A stretch of 27,432 bases of DNA, taken from contig NC_057718.1 of assembly GCF_004010195.1 (NCBI RefSeq), positions 47,429,535-47,456,966 on the forward strand, given 5' to 3'. The notes below the pieces were generated by a model, which saw nothing but the letters and a program-made list of their open reading frames with translations, was not told where the DNA came from and did no database searches. This document shows, one piece after another, positions 12,135 through 20,924 of the stretch. How positions within the stretch are numbered: position 1 is the first letter of the stretch; each line of letters starts with the position of its first letter. The stretch comes from Chiloscyllium plagiosum. Lineage: Eukaryota. The translations under genes and the position numbers were made by a program.

Positions 12135-12285
12135 TAGATTAGTGAGAAGGCTACATTTGGAACAGTATGTGCAGTGTTTGGCGCCTTACATTTTGAATAC
12201 ATTGAAAGGGTTTGGAGGAAGGTTACCAGGACAATTCCAAAATTGAAATTTTAAAGTAGGAAGTGCACAAATGGACTGGGCATCA
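12135..12285 (+). mobile_element. Highly decayed CR1 ORF2 fragment
   Basis: ttagtgaga...catttggaa...tgtgcagtgtttggcgcctta...gaaagggtttggaggaaggttaccagg parallels the CR1 LVRPHLEYCVQFWSP...ERVQRRFTR region (cf. 24705-24805). Confidence 0.55.
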
Positions 12286-12900
12286 AAATTAAAAACTCAT
12301 TTGGCACCAAAGTACATTTCATGGTTTGAATACCAGGTCTACACTGGCAGTTCCTAACCATGAGAGAAATGTGTTGCAGCAAGTGGACGAAATGCTTCTG
12401 AGTGGAAAAATATTGGTCAAAGTTTCCACTCCTGATTACAATTCAGTTACATGTTGGATCAAGCTCAGCAAATTATCCACTAAAACTCACTTTATACTCT
12501 TACAAATACTTGTATGAAATACCAACTGATTGCTGTTCCCAAAGCAATTATATCCCAGCATAATTGAGTGACTCATTGGTGGTTATCCTTCGGGGAGCCA
12601 GCTGGATCTCTTTGATGTCAATGTTGCTCCAACTTAAAACTGATATTTGCTCAGATCCATAATACTCTAGAGTACTATTGTAGAACTGAAAGAATAGACT
12701 TGTCACTAGAGATTGGTTTTTACCCATCCTCTTCCAGTTAAGCCCAAAACTCTATGTCCAATAGGCTGGTAAAACCATTAAACCTATCAATGCACTGTGT
12801 TGACAGTCTATGTGGATTTTGCTGGTTTGATTCCTGCAGTAGCCATATCCAAACTTCAAGTTTTTACATTTTATGAAATCCACAAGATCAGGAAATGTGG

Positions 12901-13136
12901 TGCATAAACAGAAATTGCTGGAAAAGCTCAGCAGGTCTGGCAGCATCTGTGAAGAAAGATCAGAGTTAACATTTCGAGCCCAGTAACCCTTTTTCAGACC
13001 CTTCTGAGGAAGGTCACCGGACCTGAAAAGTTAACTCTGATCTCTCTTTACAGATGCTGCCAGACCTGCTGAGATTTTCAAACAACTTTTGCTTTAGTTG
13101 CTGATTTACAGCAGCTGCAGTTCTTTCGGTTTTTAT
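12901..13136 (+). mobile_element. Fold-back Penelope-like insertion, family B, with two opposed hammerhead cores
   Basis: Imperfect ~90-bp inverted arms (~12906-12997 / 13004-13095) and a ~40-bp extension on the right. TSD tcaggaaatgtgg (12888-12900) / tcaggaactgtgg (13137-13149). Plus strand: CTGAGGA-AGGTC-accg-GACCT-GAAA (13004-13028). Confidence 0.85.
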
Positions 13137-13379
13137 TCAGGAACTGTGGCGATCAGGTTGACTTAATTAGGCAGAATTTCAGATTCTCAAGGATGGATTG
13201 TGATGCAGAGATAAGCTCAGCAGCATGCTTGCAGCATGTTAAACATGATACCAGTCTGTGGAGGCTTGGTGCTTGAAGTACATTTGTTTGCTATGAATAC
13301 TCATTAACAAAAACCTTTGTCTAATTTCATCTCACATTCAAGATAATATCAGCGGTGTGTGAGAGTCCTGTGTTAACCA

Positions 13380-13720
13380 ACTCACTCTCATTTGAGGGGG
13401 ACTTGCACTATCAGCTGTGTGCAGCTGTGAGTAAGGGCAGTGTATTTTCTTGTTTAAGTCTACATCATAAAGGAGGGGAGCAGGAGAATGGCCACTTGCA
13501 TGGGTAATTAGGACTGGCAGTGATGAAGTGGAATGTAAATTGAAATCTACTGCACAGAAGAATAGGTGGGAAGGGCCTAATATCTTGGGTGTAATGGGAT
13601 GTTTGGTGGGGACAGTCAGTCCCCGAAGTAAGAAAATGAGTGATATAATGGAAGATGTCAATATTATCTGATCTCTGCTCAGAGTGAATGGTAATAATAT
13701 CATTTACAATGCATGGAGGG
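13380..13720 (-). mobile_element. Possible ancient L2-type LINE endonuclease relic
   Basis: Minus translation contains VDFNLH (GDFN-like) followed by ITHASGHS (PTH..GH.LDL-like), in APE-domain order but very degenerate. Confidence 0.35.
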
Positions 13721-13961
13721 GAGAGCTAACTAAACATAGAAGTTCAGCTATGTCCCGCAAAATGGTAGATAGAACCCAAACATTAACATGAACATTCAAT
13801 ATACAGCGAATAAGAAAGATGTCATATTGTTTCTTCCATAATAGACGAAATATGCTAAACTCCCTTATAGGAGAAAGTGAGGTCTGCAGATGCTGGAGAT
13901 CAAAATTGAAACTTTATTGCTGGAACAGCACAGCAGGTCAGGCAGCATCCAGGGAACAGGA

Positions 13962-13999
13962 GATTCGATGTTTCGGGCACAGGCCCTTCTTCAGGAACC
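13962..13999 (-). ncRNA. Minimal hammerhead ribozyme motif (opposite arm)
   Basis: Minus: GGTTC-CTGAAGA-A-GGGC-ctgt-GCCC-GAAA-C-ATC-GAATC. A 5-bp stem I (GGUUC/GAAUC, one GU) is possible. The ACGT palindrome has changed to ACAT (CpG-type transition). Confidence 0.7.
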
Positions 14000-14030
14000 T
14001 GAAGAAGGGCCTGTGCCCGAAACGTCGAAT
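13998..14030 (+). ncRNA. Minimal hammerhead ribozyme motif (type I-like, Penelope-type)
   Basis: CTGAAGA (13999-14005), A, stem II GGGC-ctgt-GCCC, GAAA (14019-14022), palindrome ACGT, triplet GTC (14024-14026). Stem I is mostly lost at the inversion junction. Confidence 0.75.
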
Positions 14031-14624
14031 CTCCTGTTCCCTGGATGCTGCCTGACCTGCTGTGCTGTTCCAGCAATAAAGTTTCAACTAAACTCCCTTA
14101 TAACCAATATGTGCCAACCAAGAGACATGCCAGAGCATATAACTCTTTGATTCAGCCAGTCTTAGTAAATAACAATGATGAAATATTTGTTAATCATTAC
14201 ACATCAATAAAGTGAAACCAGTATAATGTTTACGAATATATTTACAAATGAAACTTAATTTTGAAAAACACCCATACCACCTTTGAACTGCTAAGTCTTA
14301 TGATAATGACAATATAGTTGGGTGTGGCTGTGATGCAGAATCTTCTTGTTTGCACACAGTCTCTTTTTTTAACTACAACTATTTGGCCTTATTGCATTGT
14401 CAGTTGGCATTAGGTTTCACCACTGAAATTTCCACCAGTGATGAATTGCATGTGTTTTGAATTCATGCCTCTGGCACCTAGAATTTTAATTCCAAACACA
14501 AGAATGTAACTGGTCACTGTTCCAGTTGAGAATAGCAAGTTATTTTCAAAATTCTAATCTACAAGTGCGGAAACAAACTTGACTTGTGTGAATTTCTCAG
14601 CAGATTGGTTTAGAGAAGATGCTG

Positions 14625-14775
14625 GACTCTGATCCAATAGTAACTTCCAAAAGAAAAGACTTCACAAGGTTGAAATTGCAGGGCTCCAGGAAAACAGAAT
14701 AATAGTGAGATAATTGAAGAACCCTTTCAAAGAGGAAGCACAATTACCCTGAGCCAAATGTGTTGTGTGTTATCT
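14625..14775 (+). mobile_element. Decayed CR1 3' end
   Basis: caatagtaacttccaaaaga...ttgcagggct...ctttcaaagag...gagccaaatg follows CR1 3'-end order (cf. 9410-9545). Confidence 0.4.
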
Positions 14776-16297
14776 ATCAACCTAACTTGATCTTAAAAAT
14801 AATGCCAATTAAATTTAATTTTGCAAACTAACTTTGAAGCAAATTGTAAAGAAAGGAAGATTTGAAGGGAGAAGAGAAGTAGGCTTGATATGACGTGTTC
14901 TTTGTAAAGAATGAGTGCTGTGAAAGGGAATAAGTGGAGAATTATAAGTGAGAGGAATGACAGTAGAATTCACAAGAAAGCAGAGAAAAAACTGGACATA
15001 TTATTCAAAGAGGAAGACATAGAGATGGCACTAGTAAGTGAGTAAGATTGGTGGTGAGATTGTAGGGAGCTAGGAATTAATGATAGATATGATGAGAGTG
15101 ATGGACAAGTTCAGAGAGAAGATGTTGAAGGGTAAAAGAATGTAAGTGGCTGCAGTTCCATTTGGGATATTGGGGATGGTATGTTGTTGATGATATTCCA
15201 ATCTATAAGTAGGGAAACAAACTCTACTTATATGTATTTCTCAGAGATTGCTGATGAAAGAAGACTTGGTGATAGGGATAAAACATTGAACACAACTGTT
15301 GAGGCCATGCCATAGCCACAAACTCCACTAGAAATTTCAGGCAGCTGCTTTGTAACTCCTTCCCCCAACATGCCACACTATGACCTATCTCTCACCTGGA
15401 AGAAAAGAAAAGGAAAAGACAGAAATCAAAAGAAAAAAGTGAATAAGGAAGATAGAAGCATAGTGAAAATTGGATGCCAGAGACACATGAAATGAGACAT
15501 TAACAGGGAAACCAACAGAGACAAGTAAGAGGCCATGTTCTCCAAATTGGCTTGCTCAATGACAAAGGACCTCAACTGGTTACATTTCCTCTGATAATTT
15601 GTGGTAAAGCAGGACTGAAGACAAATATCATAATTTATCATCTTGGAAATTTTAATGAGATTATTTACTTCCTTTGGGAGATTTATCCTTGCATACAAAT
15701 CATTGAAAGGTGCTTGAGGGGGCCAAATAATGTTTTGGTTATTTTGCATATTGATTATCTTATGACAATATGGGCAACTAATTTTGTAAAACATTAGATA
15801 AAGTATAATAATTGCACTATCCATGTGTTGCCAATGGAGTGTGACATGAAAGAGCATGCAGGGAGTGTATTGGCATATTTTATGTTAAATACAAGTTGTT
15901 CTTGTTGTAATGTGGAAATATTTGCTCAGATTTGCAATAGAGTCAGTTGACAATGAGGAATAGAGTGTCTATTAGATCTTTAGGTTGCTTTGATTGCATC
16001 ATTCATGGCCAAGGAACGCACAGCTATGCAGTGCTCCACTGTGTTAAAATGACTCAATGTAGCTGCAACATTGACAGCTGTGAGGAAAGCTGCACTTCTC
16101 CATAGTTGTCAGTCAGTCATGAGAAAGTAGTATGTCATATCACAGTCTCCGGCCTGAACCAGAAGTGCCAAAGACAAGTTTCCTCTGAATTGCCTAGGAA
16201 GAACTGTCTGGACTAATAAAATAAAGGTTTGAAGTGACAACATATGCTTATATAATTGGTGCAGTATCTCTTGTTCCTCTGTTCTTTATGTCATTCA

Positions 16298-16340
16298 TGG
16301 CTCAATGGTAGCAAGAGGTTGTAGTTTCAAGTCTCATTTG
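16298..16340 (+). mobile_element. tRNA-derived SINE head fragment
   Basis: A-box-like tggctcaatgg and B-box-like tttcaagtc, with an internal deletion. Confidence 0.35.
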
Positions 16341-17851
16341 CACAGCTGAACTACCTTAAATAAAAAGAAAGCCAGCTATTCTTCTGACTTTGACCATCTC
16401 CCCACCCACTTACCCCAAAAAATGAGGCTGGTGAGTTAAGCAGTATTCTCAGCAACAACAATTAGTATCAAAGTGACCTCATATGTGCCAATTTAAACAA
16501 CCTCTCACAAAAGCAACTCAGAAATGACTTTGAGCAGACAGCTAGGTTAAACACAGTTCCACCTTAGCAGCTAAACATCAAAGGCACACACTTCACCGTA
16601 CTTGAGCACGTAATCCAGATTATCTCTTCAATTTAGTAAGAGTTTCGTGCAGAGGAATTGGAGGTGCAATGAGATGACTGTTGGTTGGCTTTCCATGATC
16701 CAGATTCTTAAAGTGAAATTTAATATACATTCAAGTTATTTGGATTTTCCTTTAAAAGAGCACAGAAAGTTTCTCAGAAAATTGAAATTAAAGTTAATAT
16801 GAAAGCCCCAAATGCAGGAACAGAGATATTAATTATCTTTAAGATTGCTATGAAACTTCCAGTTTTCATATGAGTACATTAAATTGTGCAGGAAAGATAT
16901 TGCTGTCTGATAGGCAATCATGTTACTAATTCTAGCCTCAACCCTCTCCCTCCATCACAATTTGGCCTTTATCAACAAACATCGTACTCTCCTATTGTAC
17001 AATATGTTGTTCTTTTCCCTCCTCCCCTGTCTGTTCATTTTTACTAACAACACTTTTCCCAAGATTTCAAAACTGGATTCTGTACTAGCTTTTGCTACTT
17101 GCTAGAATTGTCATGTTCTTAAAATCCATATTATTCAATGTTTAATCATTATATTGTGAATCACCTTGACTTCTCTTCCAGCCTTTTCTGTGTTTGTTGT
17201 ATTGTGCATTATAGGCATTGATGTTTCATGTTGATATATTTTACAAAATAGGGTTTTTAAAATCTAAATATAATTCTTGTGCTCAAATTCATTGATAATC
17301 TTGCTAATCGGAAATAAGGTGTTATTTTCAATGTGACCTGCTCTCCTGTGCGAATGCACAGTGAAGCCTAGTGTGCGCCTTTGATGTTGAGTTGCTAAGG
17401 TGGAACTGTGTTGAACCTAGCTGTCTGCTTAAAGTCATTTCTGAATTGCCTTTGTGAAAAGTTGTCCAAATTGACACATACTGAGGTCACTGAGATAGTA
17501 ATTGTTGTTGTTGAGAATACCGCTGGTTTAGCAGCTAACTGTAACTCACTAGCCTCATCTTTGGGGTGATGGGGTCTGGAGGATGGTCAAAGTCAGAAAA
17601 ATAGCTGGCTTTTTTAAGGTAATTCAGCTATAACTGATTAGAGCCAATGAGGTGCTAAAGGAATTCGTATTTATTTGAACGACAAAGCATGACAAATACA
17701 AATGCATGCAAGACCTTTACATTTGCAGAATGATTCTTTGCAAATAATTAGTATAAACAAAATGATTGCACACCATTTATAAACAAACAAAACTGCAATG
17801 ATTTTCTCTATCAAAAGTAATGGCCTTTTCTTACACCCTGCTATTTTTCAG

Positions 17852-17952
17852 AAATGGGGTGACAGCACCTTCACAATTAGTGTGGAACTTAACCTCCACC
17901 GTTGTCGCCTCATTTCACTATTTCACTCACTGCGAATCTGTTGGAAAATCAG
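17852..17952 (+). other. Candidate 101-nt exon, host unknown
   Basis: ccttttcttacaccctgctatttttcAG | ... CAG | GTatgt. Two frames are open (KWGDSTFTISVELNLHRCRLISLFHSLRICWKI or NGVTAPSQLVWNLTSTVVASFHYFTHCESVGKS). Three CpGs are retained in otherwise CpG-poor DNA. Confidence 0.4.
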
Positions 17953-18459
17953 GTATGTGCCCGAGTCTTCAATCAGAAACAGATAGGAGCCTCAATAAAC
18001 ATAAATATAAATAATTGCCTATATAATGTATATCAAGGCCTAATAATGTCAACTGGATCCTTGATCCTGTTTTAAGTAGCAAAGACGAAGTGTGCATTAC
18101 AGGCTGAATTTTATGGAATCAGGAGCAGCAAAGCAGGAAGTGGCGGGGAGCTGAAACACTAAGAGGGAATGTAGGTGAAAGTAGACTGACTTCTGCTTTC
18201 CACCTCCGTGGCATTTTGCCAACAGCAGGAAAGGTGGACAATAGCCTGACACCCAAAGGACACTCATAAGTCCCTAATTCAGTGCTCTTCCCATTGCTGA
18301 TGCCATTTTACCAGCCATGGATGGGCTCCACAATGCATGAGGAGAACCCTAGCAGCCTCTCTGCAGAGATGTGGGACTGTCCCAGTTAGACACACTGTCG
18401 ACAGGCAGCAATGGCAACTCACATGGCACACCCATAGGTTACAAACCATAAATTCTGGG

Positions 18460-18715
18460 GACCTGAACGGTTGCATCTTAGGATATTAAAATAATTAGCT
18501 GCAGAGATAGTGAATGCACTGGTAATAATCCTCCAAGGATCCTTAGGTTCTGGGAAGTCCAAAAGGATTGGAAAATGGTCATTGTAATACTTTTATTTCC
18601 AAAAAGAAAGGAGACCAAAAACAGGTTGCCAACAGCAGGAAGACAGTTAGTATAACTTCCTGTTGTTGGAAAAAATGTTCATAGAGGATGTAATAGCAGA
18701 GTATTTAGAAATACT
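18460..18715 (+). mobile_element. CR1 'host' element, piece 1 (pre-RT region)
   Basis: Decayed GPDGLHPRILK.LAAEIV...DWK...LF...VSITS.VGK...DVIAEYLE. It stops immediately before the QHGF motif, which resumes at ~20392. Confidence 0.85.
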
Positions 18716-19421
18716 GTTTGAGTGTTGTCACATGTACCAATATACAATGAAAAGTGTTGGTTTGTATGCTATACAGGCAGATCATACCATACAAAGTGCA
18801 TTAGGGTAGCAGAACAGAGTGCAGAATATAGTGTTGAGGATGCAGAAAGAGAGATCAGTTTGAGAGGTCCATTCAAAAGTCTGATAACAGGGGGGAAGAA
18901 GCTGTTGTTGAATCTTTTCGTCTGCGTATTCAAATTTTCATATCTGCTGCCTGATGGAAGAGGGTGGAAGAGAGTATAACCGAGGTGGGACAGGTCTTTG
19001 ATTATGTTAGTTGCTTTAGCAAGGCAGCGGGAAGTATCAGCGGAGTCAATGGATGGAAGGCTGGTTTGCGTGATGGACTGGGCTATGTTCATGATTCTCT
19101 GTAGACTTTTGGAAGTGCAGTTACCATATCATGCTGTGATGCACCAAGATACGATTCTTTCTGTGGTACATCTATAAAAATTGGTAAGGGTCTTAGTGGA
19201 CATCCTGAATTTCCTTAGCCTCCTGAGGATGTACAGGCATTGTTGTGCTTTCTTGACTGTTGCATTGACATGGGTGGACAAGGACAGATTGTTAGTGATT
19301 ATCACTCCCAGGAACTTAACACTCTTGATCATCTCCACCTCAGCACCATTGATGCAGATGGGGCATGCCCTCCTCTCTGCTTCCTGAAGTCAATGACCAG
19401 CTCCTTCATTTTGCTGATATT
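18716..19421 (-). mobile_element. Rex1/Babar LINE, 5'-truncated (RT C-terminus and 3' UTR)
   Basis: Minus translation: NISKMKELVIDFRK, KFLGVIITNNLS...VKKAQQCLYILRRLRKF...LTNFYRCT, IIKDLSHLGYTLFHPLPSGSRY...RFNNSFFPPVIRLLN. These are characteristic Rex1/Babar C-terminal motifs. Confidence 0.92.
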
Positions 19422-19575
19422 CATAGAACATAGAAAAGTACAGACCTTTCAGCCCACAATGCTGTGCCAAGCATTCATCTTAATGTAAGATCAACCTAAC
19501 CTACACACCCCTCAATTTACTGCTATTTATGTGCTTGCCCAGCAGTCACTAATGTCCCTAATGTCTCTCACTCTT
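19422..19575 (-). mobile_element. CR1 3' terminal fragment
   Basis: Begins catagaacatagaa (rc of a (TTCTATG)n tail), followed by cctttcagcccacaatgctgtgcc, a CR1 3' UTR in antisense. Confidence 0.8.
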
Positions 19576-19584
19576 CTTCTTTAG

Positions 19585-19617
19585 GTTAAATCCAATCAAG
19601 CTAATTACAAAATTCAG
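19585..19617 (+). other. Candidate 33-nt (cryptic) exon
   Basis: ctctcactcttcttctttAG | GTTAAATCCAATCAAGCTAATTACAAAATTCAG | GTAAGT. Perfect donor and frame-preserving length, but embedded among repeats. Confidence 0.25.
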
Positions 19618-19634
19618 GTAAGTGATAGAAGGTG

Positions 19635-19970
19635 CCATTGACAATGCAACAAAGAGGCACTTGCTCAGGAATAATTTGCCCAGTTTGGGATCTGCCAGGG
19701 CCACTCAGCTCTAGATTGCATCATCATGTTGGTTCAAATATGGACAAAATAACTGAATTCCACAGGTGAAGCGAGAGGCAACATTTGACCAAGTGTGGCT
19801 CTAAAAAGCCATAGCAAAACTGAAGTTAGGAATGAAGGCAAATTCTGACCAGATAGTCATGCCTAGCAAAAGATGGCTGTGGGTGCCAAACATCTCAACC
19901 TAAAAACATCACCACAGGAATCTAAGGCGAAGCATCTTCAAATGCTTCAATTACCTTTTGTGATTCCATC
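19635..19970 (+). mobile_element. Decayed RT fragment of a CR1-group (L2/Crack-like) LINE
   Basis: cagtttgggatctgccagggccactcagct (QFG..QGHSA), acatttgaccaagtgtgg (TFDQVW, cf. AFDRVW), atcttcaaatgcttc (IF.CF). Internal deletions. Confidence 0.7.
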
Positions 19971-20391
19971 ACTTCACAATTTCATCTTGTAATTAGTCAG
20001 AAAGTTTAAAACTTGACTGTTTACAACCTAATATTCACAACACGTTTTGGGGGCTTAGAGATTGTCAGTCTGTACATCACAGCTATTTTCATCATTACTT
20101 TACTGTGTGAATAACTTGCACCTCTCAATAAAGCCTTCCTTTAGTCATTAACAGCTCAATATTAGACATATTGTCTATCAGATTTCAGAGGTCACATGAC
20201 TCCCTTCATTTTACCCTAAATTTAAAACTGCCCCAAAGCATAGCAACCGTTGATATGCATTCCATTCAGATAGCCACTATTAGACTATTTTCTCTTACCA
20301 CCAGACTATTGATATTGGCAACTCCAACGTTGGTGAGAGATTATTGTGTTTACACCATGCTGCCAAGCATTCAATTTCTTTCTTGTACTTA

Positions 20392-20924
20392 ATATGAACA
20401 AGCAGAGTCCACATGGCTTCATGAAAGGTAAATCATGCCTGCCAAATTCATTAAAAGTTTTGAGGAAGTAACAAGTAAGATTGATGAAGGGGAAGCACTG
20501 GATGCAATATATTTGAATTTCCAGAAGGCATTGGGTAAGATATCACATGTTAGTCTGGTTAACAAGATAAAAGCCCATGGTGTTGCAGGTGGTGTATTAG
20601 CACAATAGATGATTGGCTAACTAATAGACCGAGTTTTGGATTGAGGGCATTTTCAGGATGGCAACCTGTGACACATCATTTGTTACAGGGATCAGAGCAC
20701 AATTATTTGCAATACATGTTAATGACTTGGATGAGAAATGTGAATGCACTATAGCCAATGTTGCAAATAAAACAAAAATAGGTAGGAAGGCAAGTGCTAA
20801 GGATGGCAAAAAAAGTGTACAGAGAGATATAGACCGGTTAAGTGAGTGAGCAAAAACTTGGCAGATGGAATATGATGTGGAGAAATGTGAGATTTTTGGC
20901 AGGAAAAATAAAAGAGCTGAATTT
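20392..20924 (+). mobile_element. CR1 'host' element, piece 2 (RT core)
   Basis: QSPHGFMKGKSCL, IYLNFQKA, LFAIHVNDLD...VANKTKIG...QRDIDRLSE, WQMEYDVEKCE, ending at KNKRAE. Confidence 0.92.

Larger units (their letters stand above)
13870..14087. mobile_element. Young fold-back Penelope-like insertion, family A: 90-bp inverted repeat with 15-bp TSD
   Basis: Arms 13906-13995 and 13998-14087 are 89/90 complementary with a 2-nt spacer. There is a 36-bp unpaired extension at 13870-13905 and an exact direct repeat ctaaactcccttata at 13855-13869 and 14088-14102. Confidence 0.93.

Noticed and set aside
13870..14087. MITE or miRNA-precursor interpretation of the fold-back elements
   Set aside because: Ends are asymmetric (one-sided tail), TSD length varies from 9 to 15 bp between copies, and hammerhead cores are present. 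This fits a Penelope-type origin better. A near-perfect 90-bp stem is atypical of pre-miRNAs.
13819..14150. Overlapping ORFs across the palindrome (also 3169-3456, 12752-12946, 25429-25804)
   Set aside because: Chance read-through of the fold-back repeats, crossing TSD boundaries.
14850..15300. Purine-rich tract as an ancient antisense L2 relic
   Set aside because: Strand bias is suggestive, but no diagnostic motif could be read.
15390..15430. Very strong minus-strand acceptor (ttttccttttcttttcttccAG at 15397-15396)
   Set aside because: All three downstream frames hit stops within 20 nt, and the purine-rich surroundings look like decayed repeat or low-complexity DNA.
15426..15857. 143-aa minus-strand ORF
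   Set aside because: Composition reflects AT-rich non-coding DNA, with no motif or splice support.
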